The position numbers and the translations under genes are program-made. The notes under the pieces are model-generated. The model saw only the letters and a list, made by a program, of their open reading frames with translations, was not told the DNA's origin and searched no databases. Positions 11,013 to 24,130 of a stretch of DNA of 64,000 nucleotides are shown here, one piece after another (position 1 is the first letter of the stretch; the number at the start of each line of letters is the position of its first letter). The stretch covers positions 82,336,001-82,400,000 of the forward strand of contig JBNRSN020000005.1 in assembly GCA_051313645.2 (NCBI GenBank). The letters run 5' to 3'. This DNA comes from Centroscyllium fabricii. Taxonomy: Eukaryota.

Positions 11013-14000
11013 AGTGACCAATTGGTTAAGTGAGCCCACAGTATTCGCTGTTCAGGAGATGCATTTTGGTTCCTATTATAGCCACGGAACAATTTGTTGT
11101 GAATAAATTGTTCTGAGACTTCTACATGAGGTATGCTATAGAAATGCAATTTGTTATTGTGTAGAATATACAGTAGCTGGTATGAAGATCACTTGCAAGT
11201 ATTATTTGACCACCTGACAATTGCCTCTCCCCCCCCCCCCCCCCGGGGAAAAACAAAAATTGCACTTACATGCAACTGATACAATCCTGCAAGTTTGAAT
11301 TTTTTTATTTGTTTACACTGAAGTTTTCAGTTGAAAAAAATACTATTACTGCCTTCTGAGAGATATTCTTAGTTCTCTGGGATGTCTGAAACGATGTTAT
11401 CTATCAGGTTGAATCTGATACGCATTCTATTCTGGAATGAACTTTATCATGTTGAATCCTCTCATCAGTGTTTTGGTTTATATAAATACAAAGCGCTTTG
11501 TGCCTGTCTTATACTGGTGTAACACGGGTAATGGGACAGTGCAAACATGGACTTCAAGTGGGAGTGGGGTTCACTGTTAAGGCTTTACAGCCAATGAAGT
11601 ACTTTTGAAGTGTAGTCACTGGTATAATGTAGGATATCATTGTGGTGATTTCGATGCCCCAGTAGTGTCATCCTTGCTGAACTCCCAAGGATTCAGAACT
11701 GTAGTCATGTAAATGCTGCAGACGTGGTTGGCAGAATCCAGCAGAATCATTCTGGATGTAATCACAAAACTATTAAAAGACATTGATGACTTGCGATCAC
11801 TACTCTGTGTACTTGCATGTTTGATTTGAACTGTACATTAAATATGTGTGCTGTTTATTATACTGTTACATGAATATAAAAAAATATATTCGAAAAGTGA
11901 AGTACAGTGCAAGAACCTTTTAATTTGTGTTCTTAATAGTACTAGTGGTGAAACTAAACCACATGGGAAAGAAGCAAAGGAGATGACAGGAAGTGTAAAG
12001 GCTTGCTTGTGCTCTATAACCAGTAACTACCATTTCCACTTTTCATTTTAAATATATTTCTATAATGTGTCAGAAGTAACGTCTCTTTCAAAAGCCTCAA
12101 CCGCAGCAGACGTTTAGATCAGGGACGCACGAATAAAATGATCTGTGAAATGTGGCCTGGGAGAGAAGGTGATGGGGCTCTGCTTGATTCCTAATTAATT
12201 GACTTTTTTAATTACCCGCATGCTATGCATTATTTGGAGTGCGGGATTAAATGTATTGTAGTGGTTAAAGAGCTATGCCTCATGATTAGCTGATATGAAA
12301 TGGAAAACCACAATTCATTTTGCTAGCTTAAAAAGGCTAAATGATGCATAGATAAAAGTGATGTATTGTGTACTGATATAGTGCGTATGTATGCAATGTT
12401 AGAAGCACATTGCATTAGCCTGCAAATACTTCATGTTCAGTTTGAAGAATTGCAGTTTTATGAAAATACTAAAAATGAATTAACATGCTATGCAAGGCTG
12501 AATTGCTTATAGCAAGTAAATTACTGAAGTCCCTTTCTTTCCATGCCTTCTGTAGTACTGTAGTGCAGGGACATTAAACAATCATGGTGTACAGAGTAGC
12601 TCTAAATTGATCCAAAGTAAAGAATGTTGCACGTTATGTTTTCTTAAACATATGTAGATTATTTTTTCCATCATATTAATATTATCATAGGGTTTAAATG
12701 GGGTGAGGATTTTGAATCTATTCCCCTGAATATACCCGTCACTTGATTTAGTGCTGAAGTTGTTAATAGCATCAAAAGCAGACCACCCACAGGCCAAGAA
12801 GAGCTATTAACATATCAAAATGGTAGGGTGCCTGAGACCTGCCACCTTTTTTTTCAACGTGACAGTTGCATTGCCTGATGCACATGGAGATTATTTTATC
12901 AGTTGCTCATATCAATTGGGCAACAATGTGCCTTCTGAGGGTAAACTCAGTATCTGATGCATGCGGCCTTTCTTTTATTCCCTCCACTTTCTGAAGATAA
13001 GTGCATGTTGGCAGAGTCTGTAGTTGCAGACTGAGAACATTGTGGAAATTCATTGTGCTCTCTGGAAGGAAGCATAGAGTCATTACTGCCCTCTATTGTC
13101 AGAAATGGAATAGCAGGATATTTTAGCGACCGGGGTTAAAGCTACTCATCACAGCTTAATAGCACGACATTCCTGGAATATCTGCTGCTGTTGCTCAAAT
13201 GAAATAAAATAATACTCCAAAGCTTTTTGGCCAAAATAACCGGCATAACTTTTTTATTGATGAGATACAAAATATTTATCAACATCGAATGAGACTATTA
13301 CTTGTTAGTGATTATTAAAAATATTTATGATTTATTAAGTCACAAGTGTTATAAATACAGACGATGCAAGATGTGGGTAAAACTTATGATTACAACACTG
13401 GCTTTACAAGTAAGATGGATGTAAACTCAATTGCAGGTGATTCAGAAGTCCATCTGCAGTATGTTTTGGGTACAGTCTGTAATCAGTAGAAACATTCCTC
13501 TAAGCCATTGATTACAAAACACTTGGCAAGCACTTCTCAAAAGCACAATTTTAGATATTAGGTCAATATTGTCTATGCTTTTGTGTTGTTTCCCCCTCCC
13601 AAAATACTTAACACTCCTGATGATGATGGCAGCAAGAGATTGTTCAAAATAAAATTTGCCTTCCATTGTTAAAATGTGCATGAAGACGAAATGTAAGGAA
13701 CAAAATGATGCAAATGGACGCTAATACTCAATTCATCACTTGGCCGATTAATGTACCCAAATGCTTATTAATTGCTTGGGTAATGTTGATCTGTGTAATG
13801 TGGGTTTGTGGTCTTAATGTTCTTGCATACTTTCAGCACTATATTCATGACAGTTCTAAAATAAAATGTGTTTGGATTATTTCTAGCATTCACAAGCTGA
13901 ACAGTTGATTTTTTTCTTCTCAGTTTTACAACAGTAGAAATTTGAGCTATTAAAGGCTCTTCGAATTGTAAATAGGTATTTATCTGCTCACTATTTCTTG

Positions 14001-17000
14001 GATACAATGGTCTATTCTACAATATTGTATTGAGTTAAACTAGTACTTTTTAGGATTGTGTTGAATATTTTGCAGTTGTGGTTCAAATAGATCTGTGAAC
14101 ACATAAGAACATGTCTGTGTCTACTTTAACCCTTATAGCAGGGCAAGAATGACAGCACCAGACTTAAAGGGCAAAGCAAACCATAACATTTACATCCATT
14201 AGAATAGGATTTTTTTTAATTGGCTGATTGCTGCACTTATTTAATGCTGCGCTCTATATTAGGTTTTTAAATTTACAGATCATTAGTGCACACAGAGTAT
14301 GGCAGGAAAAGTTAATGTTTTCAAAGGGCATTCAGTACTTTATGGGTTAACATACCTGTAATGGTGTGTTTACCATTAATGAAGCAACCAATATTAATCT
14401 GAATGAATTAGAAATTAATATCCTATGTGCACCAGTGTGACACCATATTTATACAAGTTGTGGTCTACTTCCCACAATAAACAAGTGTTCTGCCTGCTTG
14501 GGAGTAAGAGTCGTACAGATCTGATATCACACCGATAATATTTGGAACAATAAAAGTGCTAGGAAATGCATTCGCTTTCCTTGTATTAATGTAGTTTAGT
14601 ACTTTTTGGGAGATTTTGTATTGGCGCTTGCATCAGTGGGACAGAAAGGTATGCAGCACAGTGCAATTACCTGTATATGTTTTTAAAGTAAGCTATTTCT
14701 ATGGCATGCTGCTAAAATTCTTTGTGTCCCCCTGCCCTCCATGAAGGTGTGGTATTTTTGCACAGTAGACATTACTATGGTCACTATTCTACCTCCATTG
14801 TAGCTCCATTGAACAATGACACGTTTGCACTGGCTTTGTGAAAAAATGCATTCTGTATACAAATACACAGCAGATTGCTTATGCTTTCCTCTGTGCTTAT
14901 TGTCAAACATTGGGTTAATGTAAAGTTTGTGTTCAGAAAGGATGCAGAATTCTCACACTGACGAGTGCAAAGTGGCTGGGTCTATGCCGAGGCAGATTTT
15001 GCAGGTTCTGTTGGTACATGCTGTGGCCAGTTGACACAACCCCACCAAAAAACAGGATCCAACACAAATAAATGTGAAATGTGTCGGGCTGGTCAATACC
15101 ATATGATCCAGGCCATTGCACATGATAATATTTCTGCTAAGCAGCACATCACAGATGAAATAGATTGTAGGTACGTACTGTCAGTACAGCAAATAACAAT
15201 ATCAAGGGCCGGTCATGTGCGATTGATGGAGCTAGGTGCACGGTTGCTCCTCCCATTTGTAAACAAAAAAGATTTAAAAAAATGTTTTGTCATTAAATAT
15301 GTGCAACCGCCTTTTAAAGGGATGGGTCGGAACTAAAGCAAACATCTTGTTTCTATTTAAAATGTTCTCTTGGATGATTTGAAAGTCAAAGGGGCTGGGT
15401 GCAGCCATGTCGTGTTTTATCTGAAGAACTGTAAGTGTGGCGTCAGGAGAGTGTGTGTTTCTGAACTGTGAAAAGACCATGCTTCTACTGCATATACAAT
15501 GCCAGGACCTTCTAATGTGACAGCATAATACAGTTTGCAAGTACCATTTGAATGCCATTTTTTTTTGTGTGCGAGTCCTGGCGGATGAAATGCAGTATCA
15601 TTAAGTCGCTGCGTTTGATTTGAACGTTAGATAAGTTGAATTTAAATTATAAGATGAAAATGTATGAAATCTAGAAACACGTGAAGTGCAGAAGTTTAGT
15701 CCATGAATAATTTTTCATTGTGTTAATTGTAGGTATTAGACTAGCCGAATCTATGAAGTGTAGCAAAAATTACTAGCGCTTGGTCTTTGGTTGCATGGTA
15801 AATATATATAGGCAATTTATTTATTAAATCTACACACAATGAAACTGCATATTGATGAAGCCTGCAAACGCAGTTGAACCTGGTCTTCAGCCATACAGTA
15901 ATTAGGCAGAAATCTTTTTTGTTAAAGATTTTCAACTTGTATTGAGTGATTACCAAATCTTCAGGAAGCACTTGCAAGAAAGCAACTGCCAGCAACGCTG
16001 CGTCTGCCGAATGGTTAATTTAACATCAGAAGCAATTCTGAGACAGCCTTGCTTTTGGACAGTAAAAAGGGTTTACATTGGGTTAACGGAATGCAGGGAG
16101 ACAGCCAGCTGTTGGAGCTCACATTATTTGAAGGAGACCGTGATTGGAGGAGCTGTATTTCAGAACAGTTTCTGCAATGGCTTTGACGCCGGTTAGCCTT
16201 TCTACAATTGCTTCAAGCCACATTGTCGTATTGCTCTGTAGCAAGCAATTCATGTCAACACAGTAAAGATATTGGTGTTTGCAAAGGGGGAAGTATTTGT
16301 CATCATACTTCGAGTGGATCCTTAGTTTTCAAGTTCGGTACGAAGGCATAAAAGGCCCCCCCCTATTAAATTCTCCCTAATCATGATTCCTCAACTCTCA
16401 GCTTTATTCTAAATTTGCAAGGGAGAGAAAAAAGCTGCCACTTTGCAAAATTTAGCAAAAGTCCAAGTCATGTAGCTGGATCAATATCTAAAAACTATTA
16501 ACCAATCCAGACTTTTACATTTTAAAAAGGTAAAAATGACAAGAGAGCCCTTAGTAAAAGCAGCTTTCAGGTTATGGTGCAGTCTGTATTTAGATTTTAA
16601 TCTATTTTTGTTTTTAAAACATAGAATGGTGCTTGCTTTTAAATTGCTTTGAGCGAAGCTATACAGATCTGACTTCTGGGAAACACAGTTTAGTTTTTTT
16701 CAAAAGAGTACAAAAAGCCATTGTGTATTTTATATAAAAGATGTTAAAAGGGACTTCCTGTAGTGCTGTCAGTAAATATATATCATGAGATTTTCATTCT
16801 AGTCCACAGGAATTTTATTGAGAATACTGGAGGCAAAGTAATGGTAATAAACCTGTAGTAAAATAAATTCTGTTAGCACAATCTGTCATTTTTACAGTAA
16901 CTTCTGCAAAGAAGCAAATGAACATTGTCCCTTTAAGCTTCTTCATGCAGTGTTTTAAGACTAATAGAAAATTGTGCTTTAAATGTTGTACTGTATATGG

Positions 17001-17099
17001 TTGTGGAATTTTGTCTCCCTCCTCCCAGTTTCGTGACTTCCCGCCTACTGTACCTGCATTGCTTCCCTCAGCCAGTGTAGGAATTGTCCTGTCTGCAGT

Positions 17100-17354
17100 G
17101 CTTTGCTCTGAGTGGCTACAATCCCACCAATGCGATGACTGGTGAGGTCGGGGATTGCATATGTAAAGACCTGCTTCATATTAATAAGCTACAATCGGGA
17201 CTTTAAGACCTTGATTAGGAGAGTGCGAGCCTGGTCCCAGCTGGCTTTGCCTATAGGCTGTCACCAGAGAACATTTGTGTTAATTGCGCCACTCTGTCAG
17301 GGAACTTTGATTTATTGCCAGGAGTGTGGGCTCGAATAATGGTGCTGAGCGCAC
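17100..17354 (+). promoter_or_regulatory. ESRRG: ESRRG proximal promoter and 5' UTR
   Basis: Lies directly upstream of the exon 1 ATG. CCAAT at ~17127, octamer-like ATTGCATAT at ~17155, near-ERRE AGACCTTGA at ~17206. The segment from ~17186 resembles the human ESRRG 5' UTR as recalled from memory, not aligned. Confidence 0.7.
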
Positions 17355-17410
17355 ATGGATTTGGTAGAACTTTGTCTCCCTGAATCTTTTTCTCTCCACT
17401 ACGACGAAGA
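17355..17410 (+). CDS. ESRRG: ESRRG coding exon 1 (long-isoform N-terminus MDLVELCLPESFSLHYDE+GA)
   Basis: Manual translation from ATG 17355 gives MDLVELCLPESFSLHYDE-GA, followed by donor GTAGGT at 17411. This closely matches the recalled human ERR-gamma N-terminus MDSVELCLPESFSLHYEEE. The phase-2 end joins exon 2 in frame (GA|G CTT CTC TGC AGA ATG = E L L C R M). Confidence 0.95.
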
Positions 17411-17670
17411 GTAGGTACACTTTTTTTTACATTCTGGGCTTTTTGCTTTGCAGGGCTGCAGGGGATTTGTTGTATATGTGTATGTCCCTGTGTGTCTGTG
17501 CTGCCTGCTTGCATGTTTTGTGCCAGGATTACGTCCTACTCTTCAGTGTAACGGATGTTCTCTGAATTATCTCCAGATTCCCAGAAGCAGTCTACTGTTA
17601 CTGCATATTGTGCTGCTATTTGTAATTTAGCCAAAGATGTGAGAGAGCCAAAGGAATGGGCAAGGTTTCT

Positions 17671-17813
17671 NNNNNNNNNNNNNNNNNNNNNNNNNNNNNN
17701 NNNNNNNNNNNNNNNNNNNNNNNNNNNNNNNNNNNNNNNNNNNNNNNNNNNNNNNNNNNNNNNNNNNNNNNNNNNNNNNNNNNNNNNNNNNNNNNNNNNN
17801 NNNNNNNNNNNNN
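17671..17813. other. Assembly gap (143 N)
   Basis: Run of N in the sequence. Confidence 1.
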
Positions 17814-20800
17814 GGGATGTGAGGATACTTAAAAAAAAAAGCTTTGTTGATTTTTTTTTTGCTCTAAAAGCTAATTTGTACGATTGTTTTTTATAATCTG
17901 CTTAATGTAGTTGCATCCAAATGAAATTTGTACACAGGCTTTTGTTTCTGAATCTAAGGGGAGATTTTTAACTGTGGCAGCTTGCAGCAAACGGGGGGGG
18001 GGGGGTGCGGGTGGCGGGGGGGGGGAACTGTACCTTGATCTCTGTTAGCTGACAACTTGCCTCAAGTTCTCTCACTTTTCATTGTATCATTCATCTCTTT
18101 AAATGATCGCCTCCGTTCAAGTCAGCAACAGGCTCGGGGTATAGGAGGAACGTCACAACCCTGTATGAAAATACCTTCACATCTCCAAATGCCTCGAATG
18201 GAGCGTTCTCCTGCTGTTCAGCTGCTTTTGCATATTTGCACAGAGCTTTAAATATTGCAAGAGGTCAGATGTTCCATTTGAAAGATGTAGGATGTACACT
18301 GTGACAAGCTTGCATTTACAGGAAGGATGGCTATTTAGTGTGTTCATTTGAATGTATTTTGCTGCACTCTTTTGTTGTCAGAGCCTCCTGTGCTACAGTA
18401 ATTAACCTGCAGTAAAAATAAAACCCTTGCGACTCCTGATTTCATTCCCTCCCAAAGCTTTTTTTTATTAACAAGTCCCTGGCTTTGTGTTCGCCAAACC
18501 TTACCGAGCTGCAGAAGCCTACCTATAATATTTTAATTGGAGAGGCTGAGGAAAAAAAAAACAATATATTTTTGATCTGCTCAGAGTGTGTGTCTGTGCC
18601 ACTGTGGTTAAGCTCTCCAGAGGAAATAGGCGATTACACTGAAGCAGTTTGTGCAGTATTATCTCTTTTACATTCACTCGCCTTGTATTAAATTGTCATT
18701 GTCCTAAACCGAGAAAGAAATGAATTGCAGCTTTCAATACTGCCTGACAGTGAAATATCTACCCCCTGTGTCCCCAATCATACTTCACGTGTGTTTGATA
18801 GTGTGGCTTTGACATGAACAATCTCGCTGGCTTGATGCTCAGTTATTGCATCTTCCTTTGCTTTTCCCTCCCTGGACTTTAAGCGAATAAAAAGTTGCGC
18901 ATCAGATTCTTAACACCACTTTCTCTCCTCGCCGTTTCCGTTAAAATGCCCGTTATCAAGTGTCGCCTCGTGTAAGCGACATGTAGACTGATACAAGCCA
19001 CATTAAAGGGCGGTGCAGTGAGGCAGATTTTGGCTTTGCTTAACAAAATGGCCTTTCCTTAAATGACCGCTCAAGCTGTCATGGCGCGAGCTGGGCGCGT
19101 TTGTTCGTTGCGGCGGCCACTTTACCGTACCCATATGGAGCTATGTAATTGGCTTCAGATTGTATTAGTCAGTAGAGCCTTACAGATCAGCACTGTCAGG
19201 TTTTAACATTAGTATGAATGACACCTGTCCAATCAATCATGTGGCCACAGCTCCACAGATGGAATGGGTCTTGCCTGCTTCAACATGCTGCTGAATCACA
19301 GCACATACTTGGCTTAATTTGTATTATTGTTCTTTCTGGAAATCAAGAGGAAAGGTTCATTCCACACTTAAGGGCAGTGCTCAGACATAAAGTGCATGTA
19401 TGGGGGTGGGGGGGTGGAGATAGCTGGCATAATGGCAAGTGCTATAATTGGCTTTACTGTGTTAAACTAATCCCAGCAGGTTACACAGATAAGACATTTC
19501 AGAACAAGTATATGTCCAGCTTCACTGGAGGCCCAATGCCGCTGTTGTCCAGTTGTCCAGTCTGCAAATTCTCAAGCAGATAACTCAAGTGGTGACTTTA
19601 TACCTCACTGCTGCTAAAGATTCACCTTTCTATGTTGTCTTTTCTGAGACTATTCTGCCTGTTCATGCATTATTCTTTGTCTAACTTATAAATTACCTTG
19701 ATGTAAATATATTTTTTAAAATACGTTTGCACAAGATATTAAAACACAAACATTAGAAATAGCATTAATTCGGTATATTTTTATGCTCATTTCAATAATT
19801 TACTTAAAACATGCATTTAATATTTAACTGGGCAAAGGCTCCAGCGTTTATTAATTGTGGTTACATTCTGTTTGTAATACTTTTTTTTTATCATGATGGT
19901 GCCTCAGATAACATAGAAAGTACAAAATTTTTAACTGTCGTAATTGTCCTGTTCAGCTACTCGGTAAAATGATGAGAGCTTTGAAATGTTGATATATTTT
20001 GAACAGGCACGAGCAATCATTTCTGGAGGCAGCTTGTTACCCAGTGTGAATAAAATGCCAAGTTTTACATCAGTGAAACTCAATGATTCATACTTCGGAT
20101 TTCAATTCAAACAGCGGTAAGCCACACTATGGCATCTCAGTGTTTGAATTTTTTTCTTCCTTGCGACAGTGTTGGATAATTCAACCGAGGAGGCATGCGT
20201 AAAATGACTACCTTTTCCCAAAGTCAATTTAGTGCAGCTATTTCATTTTCATTCAGTCTGCTTTAGGCAAGCATGCAATCCAGAGGGTTATTTTTTCAAT
20301 TTGTTACAGTAAGAATATTAAAGAATCCATTTTTAAGCACTAAGATTTTATTTTTATATACCCCAAAAAGTTTAAAAGCTATTTCAAATAGTTAAAGGCT
20401 ATTTTATTTTTTGAAGATTTTATTTAAAAAAAGGAGGTTTACATGCAAAAGCTTATAAGTTCGAGTAATTCAATAATGCTTCAGCTGGCTGCTGCTGCTG
20501 AACTCCAGTATAGTCCCCATGGATTTTGTAATTAATATATGGACCTTTTTGTCAAGTTATTTTTTTAATTCCTCAGCTCAAGCTTGGGTAGGAAGCCAGA
20601 TTTTAATTTTATATTGGACAGTATAATCTTCAGTTGTGGCCACAGTAGACCTTCAAACAGTTATGTTTTGTTAGCACATTTTAAAGGAACAGCAACCACT
20701 GCAGTGATCCTTATTCTTTTTAATCAGCATCATAAATTGCAATTTAGTCCCCTGTATGTGCCTCAAATTTGTCTTGACAGAATGATGCTGGTGTTCAGTA

Positions 20801-21674
20801 GCATGTCACCAAAACCCATCTCACAAAGCACTGATAAAGGCAGATGCTAGTTAGCTTTGACGGAGTGCAGGAATGTAGCCATTCTGTGCCAATAGCTGCA
20901 ACTTTCATCCTCGTGGAAGGCAGCAGGTCATACCCTTATTATTTTTTTTCTTTTATTTCCCCTTTTTTCCCTTCCAGACTGAGCACAGTGAGTTGGGTTA
21001 GGTCAGGTTGTTTGTGTGCACGATATAGGTTACTCCCTAAAACAAAACAGTTAGGTCGAAATCTAGTCAGCAGCTGGTGTGCGCAATGCAAGAAACAGGC
21101 TTGCGCCAGAAGGATGTGGACAACCCAAACAGACCAAACCAAAGCGAGAAGCGTTCTTCCGCTGGGCTCGGTTTGTTTCCAAAACAAAGGGCAGGGTACC
21201 TTAGGAAGGTCTCCGCCCTACTAGTTAAAAAAAAATTGTCCAAGAATTATTTTTTGTTTCCAATGTTTATTCAAATCTTTCAATCTTTCCAAAAAAGAAA
21301 AATCAGATCATCAAATTAATGCTGACTTGAATCTGAAACGGGTTTGCTGGTATGTTTTTTAAAGTGTGCTGGTTCAAACTCTTATTTTATTTGGATTACA
21401 AATATACTTGATGTGAAGCAGTTTCCAATACATGCCAATGGGAAAGGTACAGTATAACTCCAGACTCTAAAATCCACTAAAGCCAAATGTCATACCACTT
21501 GTGCTTGCATCGGGTGCATTATAACTCCAGTCTGCCTTGAGTCTGGGTTTAAAAAGTGCTATGGTGGTCTGTTGGAAGATCTAGCTACTTTATAAACTTA
21601 ACGTTGGGTCTTTTTAATGTTATGAGAAATTGGATGCTCCAGCCCACTCTCCCCTAATGTTAAAACACACACCA

Positions 21675-22363
21675 GGGGGCGATTTTGCCGGCTGTGCGGG
21701 AACCTGGTGGTGATTGGTCTGGGCGGGTTCCTGTCCCGCCTGGCCAAAGACCTGGGAACCCCACGCAATTTTCATTTAATTGAGTTGTTAAATCCCCACC
21801 TGCGGCAGCCGGTGGTATTTGAATCAATCGAGGCGGGGATGGAGCAATTTGATTGACAGTTCCAGCACTGGTTGTTGACAGTTCCCATGGAAACACTCCA
21901 CTGTGACATCACAGTCGAGTGGAACCAATGGGAAAGGTCAAGTACTGGTGACTGGCGGGTGGGCTGCGAATCCTTGACAGCTCGGCAGCAGCTGTGAGGA
22001 ACTGTGCAAAGCTGATATTTCTCAGTTTTTGCCCACAGCCGGTGCACCCACCACGGAGTGACTTACTCCTTCTAAGGTGCTGGAGGCATGCCAAGCATTT
22101 TGCAGCCTGTCCTTCACACCTTGAAGGAGAAAGTAATGATCAGCACTGTCCCAGCGGGGTTTAGGGTGGCGGGGTTAGGGTGGGAAATGGCTAAAAATTC
22201 CTAAGGGCCCTTAAAATGGCAGTACAGATGCCAATTAAGGGCCCTTAAGGACCTTAACAACCATCCCCGCCGGCCGCCAGGCTGGGGTGGGACCCCAAAA
22301 TTTTCCATTTTCACCTCCCAGCCACCCAAAACCCAGCCTCACGGGAACATGAAAATCTCCCCC
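21675..22363. mobile_element. Family-A MITE copy 2
   Basis: GGGGGCGATTTT...AAAATCTCCCCC ends and the same internal sequence as 3345-4111. Confidence 0.85.
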
Positions 22364-24130
22364 CAGGCGTGGGGAGCATTATCCTGACATGCAAAATGTG
22401 ATTTGCAGCCTGCAGTATAACTTCAGTCTAGCCAGCTGTAGTTCATACTTTGCAGCTACTGGTGCTAGACCCGGTAGTACAACTTTAGAGATTTAATCAA
22501 AGAAGCAGAGCACAACCGATTAAAATTTGAGGACAAAATTATTTTAAAGAAAGCATGCTTTGAGACCCTTAAGAAGGAAAGGAGGTAGATTATAATACAT
22601 GGGTGACTTACACCCTTTAAGGTTTAGCAATTTATGGCGATATTATGGACAAATGCACTCACCATTTTAAGCATGTACTTATCTGCTCATTAAGGTGATG
22701 AAAAACCTGCAATTCTTGAAAGACATGCACATCTATAGGTGCCAATACGACCAGATGTATATTCTCCAGTCTTCCCTATGCTCACCTTAAATCAAATCAT
22801 TTCAGCTGGGCTGTTTAAACATAAAGCATATGTTTTAAGGTTAACTATCATTTCATTACTATAGATAATATTATTATTAATCTTGCAACAGTTATTTAGT
22901 CATCCCTTGACAAAATAGGACAGCGTTGGAGACCTTTGGTCAACGCACAGTTTTCAAGATGAAATAGAAGAGTCCAAAAAAACAGCAGAATTTCAGATGA
23001 AGATTGGTTTCTGCTGGATTGATGCTAATATACCTGGAAGGAAGCTAGTTCGTGCTGAAGCATCCAGCGTCAGACAGGGCTGTGTGCCATCTGTCCCACC
23101 TGCTGCATAGTTTGTCCATCTGGTTATTCAGAGTGTGCTTTGTGGGTTTTACCGGAGCAGCTTCAGTGCCAATAGGCAAGCAAGCAGAGTAAATTATTTA
23201 AGCAGCCAATGTAAACTGAAAGCTCTCACCCTAGATGCTGGGGATTGTGTTAAATGCTTGAAAGCTTCTATTTGCATATAGATTTAGATACAGTATATAG
23301 ATCATAGAGGAGATTACAACCAAATTATCTTTATCTGAATTGTTACAGGACATTTTTCTTGTCTGTATTGGGCAACAGCAGGAATATTTCTGGATGGTGT
23401 TTTTTGTTTTGCAGGAAGAGGAAGTTAAAAGGAGGTGATTTATTTGCAGCGTAGTAGCCCTTTAACAGAGCGAAGTGTTAGTGAATTTGCTAGAACCTCT
23501 TTAGAATGTCAAGTCTGCGCATTTTATTATTCCCTGTCATCAACTTACTTGCTGAGCAGTCTCTGTAAATCTGATAGGGGATTTCAAATGGAAAAGAAAC
23601 AATTGGAAAACATAGAACTAAAAGAGGGGAAATAAATCAAACAAGGAATTTTAAGACAACACATCTATCTAGTCCATATGTCTGTGTTCCACATAGTTCA
23701 AAGCGAAATGCACTGGTGAGTGTCTGAAACGCTTGAAATTTTTGTTAGTGGTTCAAAGGTACATTTTGAATGCCCTGTACCAACCCTATTCTTTTTAATT
23801 GGAGTGGATATATAAACTTATTTTTAAAAGTTCACCGAGTTAAGTGCAATAAATTCCTCATTTCACCAGTTAGGACATGAACCACTGCCTCAAAGCAAAA
23901 TGTGTTATAGCTGAATAGCAAAAATAAAATTAACTTTTAATTTTTTTCATTTTGCAGGGACAGAAACTTTACTTTTCTTGTTGTAACATTTGTAAAAGCT
24001 CCTGTCACAGCTCAAAACCGGTATCATTTCAAAACAGCAATGTATTGTTAAGTCACTTTTTCAGATAACTTTGACTAAGCCTACATGGGTTTTAATGCAC
24101 ATTGAATTGACAGTTGTAAATGTTGTAATA

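Noticed and set aside
17555-17896. 113-aa ORF
   Set aside because: Artefact of reading through the N gap.
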